From contig ML978136.1 in NCBI GenBank assembly GCA_010015805.1, positions 248,001 through 312,000 of the forward strand: 64,000 bases of DNA. Reading direction: 5' to 3'. The DNA is from Rhizodiscina lignyota. Its lineage: Eukaryota. Positions 23,645-35,204 of the stretch are shown here, one piece after another (position 1 is the first letter of the stretch; the number at the start of each line of letters is the position of its first letter). The notes beneath the pieces are model-generated. The model saw nothing but the letters and a program-made list of their open reading frames with translations, had not been told where the DNA came from and did no database searches. The translations under genes were made by a program, and so were the position numbers.

Positions 23645-23831
23645 CACACGGTGAAGCTTGAGCAATCTGAGTCTTGAGCGGAAAAGAGCCGGCCTGGATC
23701 GAATAGTGTTGCCAGCTGGAAATGAACTGGAATGATGTATTGACCGATAAGTTGTATATACTCATAAGCGTCTGAAACCGATCGTTGGGACAAGACGAGC
23801 AGCTGTCCACGATCAGTAAACCCCGCTCACG

Positions 23832-25062
23832 ATGGCTGGGCCAGTTCGACAGGCAATTGATATCCCTTCGTTGGAGCGATACATCGACAGGACCGTACCA
23901 GAGATAAACACACCAATACAACTGAAGCAGGCAAGTATTTCAATGGCTCTTCGTACCGCACCTAAGACTGACTACTATCCAGTTCGGTTATGGCCAATCG
24001 AACCCGACTTACCAGATCATATCAAGCTCAGGCAAGAAATATGTCATGAGAAAGAAGCCGCCTGGCAAGCTCCTGTCAAAGACGGCACACAAAGTCGAGC
24101 GCGAATACCGAATCCTCCACGCTCTAGACCAAACCGACGTACCTCACCCACATGTATACTGCCTCTGCGAAGATGACTCGGTGGTCGGCTCGGCGTTCTA
24201 TATAATGGAGTTTCTTGATGGTCGTATATTTGAGGAGCCGCATATACCTGAAGTGAGCGCAGAAGAGCGGCGCGAGATGTGGCATGATGCCATTCGGACA
24301 CTGGCAAAACTGCACAGACTGAACCCGAAGAGCATTGGACTCGAGACATTTGGAAGGCCCACAGGATTCTACAATCGGCAAATCAAAACGTTCAAGGGTC
24401 TAAACGAAATCCAAGCCGCGACCGTAGACGTGGAGTCGAAACAAAAAGTTGGCCCGGTCCCACACAATGACGAGATTTTGGCCTTCTTCGAGAACCCAGA
24501 ATACCAGCCGAAAGATCGAGGCGCGCCAATTCATGGAGACTACAAGATCGACAACCTGGTCTTTCACAAGACGGAGCCGCGCGTTATTGGCATATTAGAG
24601 TAAGATATATCCTGAAATTAGTCAGTGATATGGGTTGCTGACTGATTGAACAGCTGGGAGATGTCTACCATCGGTCATCCGCTCTCAGACCTGTCGAATC
24701 TTCTCGTCCCCTATACGCTCACATCTCACGTCCCCGAGTCCGACGTAGAGGCCCGTAGAAACGCACGAGCCGCTTTCAGACCCACGAAATTGTTAGCTGG
24801 TCTGCCAACTCCGGACGAATGTATTCAATGGTATGCTGAAGTTGCCGGATGGAATCCTGCAGCAGAGTTTCCGTGGGGTGCTGCATTCAGCATGTACAGA
24901 GATTGCATCATCTTCCAAGGCATTGCAGCAAGATATGCAGTCAGGCAGGCGAGCAGTCCGAAGGCATATCAAGTCGGTCAGGAGATGGAACCATGTGCAA
25001 AGGTGTGTTGGGAGTTGGTAAAAGAGGCAGAGAAAGCAAAGCGATCGACAGCGAGGTTGTAA
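23832..25062 (+). CDS. APH/choline-kinase-family phosphotransferase, ACAD10/11 N-terminal (LvaA-like) type, with PTS1
   Basis: [51 protein letters not shown] and [12 protein letters not shown]. Ends in ...STARL*. Introns are 23931-23982 (GC-AG) and about 24600-24653. Confidence 0.92.
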
Positions 25063-25782
25063 AGCTAGGTTGTTAATTCCTAGACCGGTCCGGGAGTTTT
25101 TGGAGAACGTTCTTTGACGATTCAAGAAATTTTGGTCAAACTCAAGATGACATTTTTGATTGGTGCAAACGCCGACTTCCTGATAACCATTGGGATTTAA
25201 CCAACACGACTGTGCCAGCTCAAATCCAAACGATAAGGGTATATTGCAAGAAGCCGTAGCATGTGCAAACCTTCACAACGCATACAATCCCACAGCTCGA
25301 GCATACCGCGTGCCATGACTGCCGGAATAATGGAAGTAGAGGATTAAAACTTGCTCTTTCGTTCACAGTAACAGCCCTTTCAATGTCGTCCCATATCATA
25401 GTACGCACCTCAAGTCTCGTTTCGTGCTCACAGGAGGTTAATCGTTGAATGACTCTAGTCAACCGCCACAACACTCATACCGAAAACTCGTTTATGACGG
25501 GGATGCTCGAAGCTAACGTCCAGCGCGTCCACATGCTCGCAGAATGCTTGAATACACGTAGGATTTATTGAGTTGGTCCATATCAAGATCAAACATATTC
25601 TAGCAACTGTAGGTCTTTTAAGCTGAAGGCTTCCACAGCTGCGCTATTTCTGCTGGACGTACTGTCATAGAGAATCATATCTCCATGGATTCCCATTGGT
25701 GCCACCTCTAGCACATAGACCTGCGAAAACACACGCGTTATTCAGACAGCCACGCCCACAACAAGCGCTCCGTCCGCAAACT

Positions 25783-27865
25783 TCAGTCATCTGTGAGATC
25801 TATCACCTCAACACCGGCACTCGGGGCTGTTGTTTTGGGAGCGGTAACCGGACTGCTCCAATTTATTGTAGTATTCGGCAGATGAAGCTTGGACGGCGTC
25901 GCTTGAATGACTTTTGATACGTTTCCAGACATTGGAGTGAGTGGTGTGGCCAAACCTCCAAACTTTGCTATGCCATAATCGAAAGGAGGGATGCCTTGAG
26001 TGGTTCCGACCTTCGGTATAAGAGTTCGATTGCGACCTAAGAGAGTTGAGAGCTCAGGAAGATCTCCCTCGTCGTCATCATCATCATCGCCACCAGTACC
26101 GGACCAATTACTGTACGAAGAGGCCTTCCTCGGTAGTAAATCTGGAGGTCCATTTGTAAAGGAGACAGCTACCCTCTCTTCCAGTAAGACAATTGTTGAT
26201 GGGCGGTCAAGAGAAGGTTTGGTGCGATCCAAAGCTTGGCGTGAACGATCCGCAGTCGACTTGGGATTCTTCTGCGACGTGGCTTTACGCTCACCACTGG
26301 GGTCTTCCGCGCTTTTGGCGACGTAATATCCTGCAGCACTGGTGAAGTCTTCCTCTTCTTCCCACGATTGGAAGCTGGCTGTTCTAATGCGTTGAATTGT
26401 TCGTCGAATGCAGCTTGACCAATACCGCGTATGACCACAGAGCGCAATGTCTCACACTCAATCCGCTCGCAAGCTTCGCGATCCTCATCAGGCATCTCGA
26501 ACGGGTTAATGTCTTGGATAACGGCGAAGGGATTGAAAGAGATCGTAATCTCGTTTGAGATGTCCTGCGCTGCAATGTCACCTTGTTCCTTCCTCTTCCT
26601 CTTTTTCAGAAGTTGAACCTCACAGCAAGCATTGTTATGCTCTTCTCCCGGCTGCGTTGAACCAAGTTTCATGACAAGCAAGAATGGTGCAATCTTGAGA
26701 AGATAGCGCTTCGTTGCGAAGTCGAAATGGTCGGCCATGATTTGTCGTAATTTGGTATGGTCAACTGCCTTCCCCCAAGTCTTACGAGTTCGTAAGGCTT
26801 CGATCTGTTCTGCTGAGGAGACTGTTGGAGCCTTGTAATGTTTCAGAGCAAGCCACTTGGGGAAAGTTGGAGGTACAAAGACTGAGCTCCTAAGCTCTCT
26901 CAAAGTCTCAGTCAATTGCAATCTGACGTCATCTAGCTCCCTCTCGCTGCGCGTTTCGCGAAGCACTCGACCGAGGCCTGGAGCTTTTCGAGTCACAGCA
27001 AGCGCTGTCTTGGGTCCGCATTTAGGCAATCCAGCAGTGTCGTAGTCCCCTCCGGCCAGAATCACAAAGCAAAGCAGCGAATCCTGGTCGAGGCCGTGCT
27101 TCCTTGTGATCTCTTCCATGCGATAGACTCGAACCAGCTTTTCATCTTTTTTTGCCTGTTTATTTTTCCCCTCCCGGTAGTCTGTGATCAGCATAGTAGC
27201 TCCAAACATCAGAGTATCACTGTCATCGCTCCATACAGCGTCGACAATGCCAGCCTGCTGCATCCGAGCACACTCCGCTTCGGCTTCTCCAGGAGCATTA
27301 TGATGAGGTATCCGCATAGTATCGAGGAGCTTCACGAGCATTCTTAGACGGTCGTAGTCGACGCGATTGCCACCACGGCGGCCACGTTTCCAAGGACGAT
27401 GGGGGCCATCGAAGACAAAAATGGGGTGGACATTGTAACATAGGAGTCGGATGAGGCGCCAGAAGATATTCTTCTCGATTGGATTAGCAGCCTCATTCGT
27501 TTGCCCGATATGCGTGGCAGATTGTTCTATTCCAAGCTTCTCATCAGCATTGTTTCACGTATGGAGTATTGAAGAGGAGAGAACGTAACATACTTGCTCG
27601 AATCGCAGCAACTTGAGCATCGCTGAAATTCGTCAGAACAGAAGCTTAGAACTGGGGATGTAAACGCTACTTTAAGTTGTTGAATCGCCATCCAGCCTCA
27701 TCAATTGCAACCCGGAGAGGCCTGCCAGTACGCTGGAAGTGGTCTGAGGAGAGTTTCGGCAAGGAAACTTCTTCACCGTCTCCAAGCGTCTCGAAGATGC
27801 TATCATTGTTGTTAGATGCCATCAATTGAGCTATTGTGATTCGTGACCTACTAATTGATCCCCAT
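25783..27865 (-). CDS. XPG/Rad2-family structure-specific nuclease (GEN1/Yen1-like)
   Basis: Spliced N-terminus MGINYIFETLG...RPLRVAIDEAGW, then PIFVFDGP, APGEAEAECA, VWSDDSDTLMFG and GGDYD. The C-terminal tail (ORF 25783..26232, ending VIDLTDD) is in a different frame, so the 3' end is uncertain (alternative stop at 26169). Confidence 0.8.
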
Positions 27866-28000
27866 TCCGGGCAGGTACGCGCTAGAGAGTTTGACAGATT
27901 AGTTGTCAAACTGTCGTCCGAATGGAAGTAAAGTGAAGTATATTAAAGTTCCGTTAGAGTGGAAGCGACGGCGCGTCGCGCCTGCCCGCTCGCGCGTGTG

Positions 28001-28285
28001 CACGTGCGCGGCCCCGGTAACGAAGTGGGTGGCACAAAAGTTGAGCCATGGCTGTAATGTGTCGAACCGCGAGGATGTATATCCTCGCTAGTTAATATAG
28101 ATTATATATACTAACGCCGTGTGTTTTAGATAAATACGCTCTAGTATATATTTAATCGAGCTTTTAGAGATGCTCTCGCTCGTGCTGAAGAATAAGACTT
28201 GTTTTTACTACAGCTATTTAGTTAAAGCGGGCTTAACTATTTTCCAGTGTCACCCGCGTGCCCGGTTAGCGGTGTGCAGCGCGTG
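28001..28285. repeat. Decayed imperfect inverted repeat with AT/TpA-rich core (possible RIP-mutated MITE relic)
   Basis: The left arm 28001-28047 (cacgtgcgcggccccggtaac..gggtggcacaaaagttgagcc) resembles the reverse complement of 28230-28285 (cacgcgctgcacaccgctaac..gggtgacac..aaaatagttaagcc). The spacer is unusually TA-rich. Confidence 0.4.
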
Positions 28286-28446
28286 ACGTAATGTGTTTTG
28301 ATTTTGAGCACTTTCGAGCTGAAATACTTTTCACTTCCCGCATCAAGACTAAACACCTCCACAAACCAACCGTTATCCCACAAACATCGAAAATAACGGC
28401 CAATACAATTCATACAGTTGAAAGAAATCTGTGCAATCCAGTGAAA

Positions 28447-29637
28447 ATGTCAGCAAGCACAGCAACACTCAGCCGCTTCGAAAAGCCCGGTAACCTACAA
28501 GCTCAATCGCCATTCTACACTATACTTCCAGCGGAGATCCGTACACGTATTTACCACATGGTACTTGACGCGTACCGCCACGCACGACTTGTGCGATTGC
28601 GCGAATCCCAATGCCGGTGCAGGTCGCCCATGAAGTGCGAGCATGAGAATCCCGATCAGCACGCCGAGCATCGCAACAATATCCTGGCCGTGTGCCAGAT
28701 GATGAATCACGAAGCCATGGCGGCATTTTTCCGTGGTAACGAATTTCATTTCCAAGTTGGAATACGTTTCCTAGACTACGGAAAAAGGGATAGAAAATGC
28801 GCCCTGATGTTCGTTGACGATCTCGCGTCCGTGCCAAAATCATGGCTCAAGGGCGTTCGACACATGGAAATCACAATTCGAGAGGACTTCAACAGGAGGG
28901 AACGCCGAAAATTTGCAGTCAAGCGGATACAAGATCTCGTTGGTATCCTGACGGAGGACGACAAGCTGGAGCTCCAGACTCTAAGGCTCCACATCGTTAA
29001 CGTTAAAATGGTCTATGAGCCCAACGACGTCAAGATGAACCACTCTCTCTCTCACAGTTCGTGGTGGCGTCCAATGCACAAATTCATCAGATTTGAGCGT
29101 GCGGTATTGCAGCCGCTTGCAGATGTGCGAGGCTTGACTTACGCTTGGTTGGAGGTGAGCAACGGCGTAAGCAAGAATGCAATATCGAAGTTGTCTCCGT
29201 GGTGCAAGACGCTGATGTCGGGGATGTCGGGAGAGAAGCAGCGCGGGAAGACATCATTGCAAGGTGAGAGAGACCCTAATCTGGAAACTTTAACCCCCGA
29301 GAGTCTATTGTGGTGTAGATGCCTCCCTCGCAAACTAGTTCACGTCCGCGATCGGTGCGGTCCTACTGGGACGTGGGAGTTCGGCGGCCTCGGCTCTGCC
29401 GACGTGATCTTTTGGAAAGAGTTGAGACTGAAGTGGGTACGAGTACAATGCGTGAGAGGGCACACGAGGGATGCCCTACAAATTCTTCATTCAGCGTGTC
29501 GAAAGGGTCTGGAACATGGTACATTTGGAGCTTTCGATTCATCAATTTCAACTCAACTGCCAATGAGGCCAGAGTTCCAAAAATACACTCATTTTTGGCC
29601 AAGACGATACCTGATCATTGTCTCTGAGACTTCGTGA
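28447..29637 (+). CDS. Hypothetical protein with N-terminal F-box-like motif
   Basis: Long open frame. QSPFYTILPAEIRTRIYHMVL followed by NILAVCQMMNHEA...FFRGNEFHF is a pattern common in Pezizomycotina F-box-like orphan proteins. The 3' exon structure is uncertain. Confidence 0.65.
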   Translation: MSASTATLSRFEKPGNLQAQSPFYTILPAEIRTRIYHMVLDAYRHARLVRLRESQCRCRSPMKCEHENPDQHAEHRNNILAVCQMMNHEAMAAFFRGNEFHFQVGIRFLDYGKRDRKCALMFVDDLASVPKSWLKGVRHMEITIREDFNRRERRKFAVKRIQDLVGILTEDDKLELQTLRLHIVNVKMVYEPNDVKMNHSLSHSSWWRPMHKFIRFERAVLQPLADVRGLTYAWLEVSNGVSKNAISKLSPWCKTLMSGMSGEKQRGKTSLQGERDPNLETLTPESLLWCRCLPRKLVHVRDRCGPTGTWEFGGLGSADVIFWKELRLKWVRVQCVRGHTRDALQILHSACRKGLEHGTFGAFDSSISTQLPMRPEFQKYTHFWPRRYLIIVSETS

Positions 29638-29746
29638 TTTCGCCATTCCTGACTAAACTCCAGTTGATGCAGTCTTATCTTACATTTTCCCTTTCTTTTC
29701 TTTAAGAAATTGTTTCCTGGTCCATGCCGTACCAAGTTCTCTCCGC

Positions 29747-32700
29747 CTATCTCCTCCTCACGCCACCAACCTCCGGCATTCGCTGCGAATTCATGAACAG
29801 CGTCTTGAACCCATTCTTTAGTGCCGTCATATCTGGATACTGGTGCTTCTGTAACTCAAATGCACCAGGCATCACCTTGACCGGCCATGCGCCCAACTGC
29901 GCATGCTGGCCCGCCTTGTAGCATAGATAGAAGAAGCCTGGGTACTTTGGGTTGATGCAGAAAGCGTACATGCTGCGCTTGGGATTCGCTTCAGCGTACG
30001 TAGTGAGCCACTGGTCTGTTGAAGAGTTAGATAAGCGCTTCTGACCACGGCAACAGAAAGGGAAGAGCATACCTGTTTGCGCCTTGCTGCCATTCTGATA
30101 CTTGTCATCCTGCATGATCTCGTCCACCTTCTTTGCCATGCTCTTGACGTGGTTGACAATGAGTTCGTCCAAGTCGCTGTAGGTGTAGCGCCCTCCAATC
30201 TTCAGCGTCTTGCCAACGCTGAACTCATTGTCCTTGTCTAGCTCAAGCACATCAATATGCTGATAGATGTTGTCCGACACCTTCCACGTCACAGCCAGAT
30301 GATCCAGGCCCTTCGAGCTTGGGCGAATGACGACGTCGCCGCGACTCATCGAGCCGAGATACTCCTCTGCCTGCGCAGCGTTAAATGGTCGGAAGAGCGG
30401 GTGCTTGATGACACGCTGTGCGCGACCAGATACGTTCTCCTTTGCGCGAATAGCGTCCTTCTTGTCCTGCGACTCTTGATCCTCATCCCATTCGCCTCTC
30501 TCATGATCATTGTCGCGCTTGAACGGTCGCCTTATCGTCTCTTCGTTGAATGAGAGCTGCGCACTGAGCTGCTTTCTATTGATGAATAGAATTTTGGCCT
30601 GCGCAGTTTGATGGACAGTGTATACTTGTCGAGGATCAATACCTCTTTCCCCGCCAACGCCTTCGGGATACTCCGTCTCGGAGACACCACCTTCAAGCCC
30701 GCAGTCCAATCGTACTTCGATATGGTCACTGAAGACCCGACGGACCTGCACCGGGACGGTCATGCCCTCGAGAAGGGACTCCCGCGTTTCGCCGGTGAGC
30801 ATGGTGTAGATCTCGTCACTGGACATGAACGAGAAGTTATGCCTCAGCTCCTCGTACGGGCTGTTGAGTTCGGCACGGATAGTCTCAAGCGTTGCACGCT
30901 TGCGTTGGTGGAACTGGCTTTCCAGCTGCACGGCATACTGTTCGAGGATGAGATCGTTCACGTTGTCCTCCTGGTTTTCCTTTATCAGGCGTCTGACGAC
31001 AGCTCCCGGTCCGCCTTCATCAACTTCGGCCTTAACGTCCTCTTCATCAAGACCTAAAGCATCTGAAGCCATCTTGCGGGCGATTTCGTAGTCTTCGGGA
31101 TGTACTCGCGTGTTATCAAGGTAGTCCGAATCGGGATCGTCTATGTCGAATTCTAGGAACAGGAAGCTTGCGCAATTGGTCCAGACTTTCCCTCCGACTG
31201 CCGGGATGATGTTCTTCTCCGGGTCGCCGACGAGCTCATCTCTTGTACGAACTTCTCCTCCGTTCTTGTCGATCGCCTGGAGTACATGTGCAGCCTTGCG
31301 CGGTCCAAGACCGCAAACGTACGGAAGGAGATTTGCAAGGTAAGGGTTGTTGACTGCCTCGTTAATATTGACGCCAACGAGGTTAACCATATCGACCATT
31401 GCAGACTCGAGATGTCTCAAGAGTTTGTCTTGGGGTATGAGATCTTGATTTGGATCGAAGCTGATGGAGATAATATCCTTCTTCAAGGCGGCGTACTCCA
31501 GCAGCGGGCTTTGCATATATTTTGCCAGAGCGATGCAGTATCGTGTAAGTGGCGGATATGAGGGATACTCAATGGCGGCGCGGTCGCTGGTATGATATAG
31601 GCGAGCAACTTCGTCGTTGACGATCAAGACTTCAACCTTCTCACTGCGTGCTTTTGTGCCGACACCGTCCTCGTCATCAGCCTCAAATTCATTGCTCCGC
31701 AGGTCAAATTTCTCAATGATGTCCTGGATGTCTTTGTAGAGCTTGCGGGTCTCCACAGAGAATCCAGATACACCAATCACGTCGGGTTTGCGTCGACTGA
31801 CAAGGTCCACAAACTCCTGAACATTCTTTCCGTCGGGCAGGTGCTTGTCCGAGTTACCAAGTCGCAAATCGGAGAACTTGCCGTTTTCAAGACACCTTCC
31901 GTCCTCTTCGACATATACCCAGCAAATTGCATCGCGGCCCGAGATTCCTTGGCCAGAACTGAGCGTGATGCAGCGCGGCCTGGTGCCCGGCTCCATGCCC
32001 TTTGGCTTGTATGGTGCTTGATCCAGCTTCAACTCAGAGAATTTCTCTCGACATGCTTTCGCCAGCGCATTTTCACACTCTCCCTTGAGCGCCTCCTTTA
32101 CACCTCTTGCAACGATCCTCTCCAACTTGCTGAACGCCTGGTCAACAGCCTCTCGCCTGACAATGTTCCATGCGTCGGCGAGCTCGCTATAGTTGTCCGA
32201 TTCGATATACTTGTAGAGCTCGCGCTTCAGGCGATCGTAACTGTCCATCTTAAGCCTGATCTCGACAAGGCCTTCCTGCTCTGCCTTCAACATACGGAGG
32301 AAGAGCTCGGGGCGGCGAGCCATGGCGGTGATATCTTGGTGGCGGAGATATTTGAACTCGTAGTACTTGTGGTCCTCCGTGATTTGTCGTGCTCCCTTTT
32401 CTGTGCGGTAGCAATCGAAATAAGCCAGCTCATACATTTTCCCTCGAAGCCACTTGCGCATTCGAGGGCTCATCACCAACTCTTCTGCAAACATCGCCTT
32501 TCCTGCGCGGAGAATCTGCGCGCCGGTAGTATACTCAGGAGGGTCTAGGAGTGAGTCTGCGAGGTCATCAGGTAGCTCAGGAGGGTCGTCGGTGTATGCT
32601 CGAGGACCAGTGTCGAGGACATTTCGCGCAAAGTTGTCTGCAGTGATGCCGAAAGCTCGCACAAGATTATACACCTTGCTGGAGCGCACTTTCTCCCAGA

Positions 32701-34158
32701 GGGTGCGTGCTGCTCGAGCACGCTTTTGGACACCATTTGATTCGCTCTCTATTAGGTTGACATCTTTGAGCGGAGCGGAATACTGGAAGTGAAGATAGTC
32801 CTGAACGTCTTGAACCTCTTCCATATTCCCGACGTGGGATAGCATCTCTTCGATCATAGGGTCTTCAACATTTGCGATAGCTTGCAGGCTCTTGTAGGTC
32901 TTCTGCAATGCGTCTCGCTTTTCGGCCATGGCTCTAAATTTGAGATCGTGCTCGAACAAATCCCACATATCGCTCTGGTTAAGCAGACGCTCTGCTTTCA
33001 ATTCCGTGTCCGAGGCATCTGGTCGAGAGGGGTCTGGCGAGACTTGGAGGGGGGTAGCGTGGATGAGATAGTCCTTCCGATGCTGGAATATGAATGGGAT
33101 CTCGTAGTCGTCTTCATTGATGAATTGGAGAACTTTGGCCACCGAGCGCTTGAAAGGCTCTATCAGTTGACGATCGAGCCGTTTCTTCGGGAGCATCATT
33201 GACGCGACCCATTGCGCCTCTTCTTCTTTCCGCTTCGCAGCCTCCTCCTCTGACAGCTCAACCCGCGAGAACGGCTTCCGGGCAATCTGGAAGCGCTCAG
33301 GCACATCTACCCGTCGTATCTCCTCATCTTCCGCTGTGAGCATCTTGTCGATGAGCTGCGACGGCTCAAAGACGTCTTTCAGCTGGATCTCCGCCTCCCG
33401 CTCTGGCTCATCCATCTCAGCCTGTACCTGAAGAGCCCAGTCATACTCTGTGCCGTCACCGAAAGCAGCTTTCATATCCTCGAACTCGGCTTCCGAGAAA
33501 CCCTCTGGGGGTTGGCCGCCGGAGGCAAAGAACTTCCTGCCAGGTCTAGCGACTTCCCGCTCCTCCAGCATACGCTCGCGCTCCTCGTCGGGGAACTCAT
33601 CTTCCTCGATGAAGTCGTCAAACTCATCAACAAGTCCTCTGGCTTCTCTGCCCGGTGCTTCATCGTCATCGTCAGAGAAGATATCGTCAACGCCTCGTTC
33701 CTCGCGGGCTGTGCGGTCTTCACGGTGGCCTTGCTTGAGGCGCTTGAACCTGGGCTGCTCATCGCGCAACTCATCTCTGTCCAGCTCTCCGATGAGTTCG
33801 AGATCCTCTTCGCTCAGCCGCTCATCTTGTTCCTCCCTCTCAGCTCGCCTGCGTTTGCGTTTTTCGCGACGTCGTCGGGCTCGATCATCGTCTTCTTCTT
33901 CGTCATCGACAATGAAACCTTCGCGGACCTGATAGCAAAGTCAGCTACTAGGCAACATGTGCCACCATTGTTAAACCTTACCGCGCGAGCAGCCTCCTCA
34001 TCGTCATCCTCATCTTCCTCTTCACTAGAGTCGTCTACTCCGTTCGCACCTTTTCTTCTCTCCTTCCGCCTCAAAGGCTCGCCTGTCTCCTCGTCAAGTT
34101 CTTCGTCTTCGGACTCGGAGCCTACATCGGCGACTCTGTCGATAAAGGCATCCGCCAT
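29747..34158 (-). CDS. SPT6: Transcription elongation factor / histone chaperone Spt6
   Basis: Acidic N-terminus, LKDVFEPSQL, YqgF-like region, HhH (CGLGPRKA), DNTRVHPEDY, S1 and tandem SH2 (IRPSSKGLDHLAVTWKV). Introns are 33929-33981 and the in-frame 30016-30072. Confidence 0.97.
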
Positions 34159-34468
34159 GGTGACGCGACGTGCAGGAGATGCGACTTTGTTGATTGCGGG
34201 TGTAAGATTGGAAGAGGTACGGTTGAAAAGGGTGACTGCAGGGTAGATGTAGGCGTTCAGATGTTTTCAATGCGTGACGCGCCTCACACAGCTTTTCTGC
34301 AGTGGAGAAAACAAATGGAGGCTCTAGGTTCGTTGTTCTTCAGAAAATCCACAAGAAACAGCACGTGATCCGCGGTTGATCCTCGGATCGCGGCTCGGCG
34401 GTAATACCACGGCAAATCCCCGGCTAATTGGCATCTCCAGGCAATAACCAGCGCTGGCCATTATCCAA

Positions 34469-34497
34469 ATGTATGTATGTACGTATGTATGTATGTA
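34469..34497. repeat. (ATGT)n microsatellite in the SPT6/STE7 divergent intergenic region
   Basis: (ATGT)3 ACGT (ATGT)3 A read directly. Confidence 0.85.
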
Positions 34498-35204
34498 ACT
34501 ATCGGTTGATGAAAAGGAGTGCGTTTTGTTTCTCCTGAGCGTCTGCCTATCTCCCCTGTCTTGTCAAGCAGCCTCTGCAAATCTTCTAGGTTGCGGAAGC
34601 GAGCCGGGCCTCGCGCCTCTCATTGGCTGATCCGCCTTCTCCACAGCGCTTACAACGGCTGCTGGGGTCACTGGCTACGCTGCCAGCGAAACGCGCTTGA
34701 AACGGTGCTCTATCCACACCACCACAAATCTGCAAGGCACCACCCTGTCCCACTCGCCGCCGAGGGCTTTTTGGCGCCAAGATCTAAGAGCCACAGCTCC
34801 ATCGCCTCTCAAGACTTTTGGGCTGCTTCGCTGTGGACTGTGCTCTTTCAACCTCCTCTTTCGCTGCTTCGCTCTCTACCACTCGTACTACCGACCTCCG
34901 AAAGCCCGACACGTCACTGCATATTGTTTCTCCGGGAAAGACAGCAGGGCAAGTATTTAAATTGCCTTGCGCGTCTTTGAGACTGTGCCGCCGGTGGTTC
35001 GACACTATCGAAACGACCGCGCACCACCACGCCAGAAACATCAAAGAAGGCAACCGAGCCAATCTATCCCAGACCCGGAGCGAACGTCCTCTTATATACG
35101 TTGTCATTTCTCTCCCGGGAGCCGCCGCGCTCTGGATAACAACCGGTTTCCACTGCAGAACCAGCTCTGCAACCCGCTAGCTGTGCCGAGCAGCTAAGAC
35201 CAAG

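Noticed and set aside
13718..25062. Stop-codon readthrough (TGA CTA) generating cryptic peroxisomal isoforms of the cluster enzymes
   Set aside because: I checked the stop contexts of the SDR, ALDH, both PRISEs, ACAD and hydrolase, and none has the TGA-CTA context.
30016..30072. Apparent 19-aa insertion in the Spt6 SH2 region
   Set aside because: It is an in-frame GT-AG intron with a CTAAC branch site.
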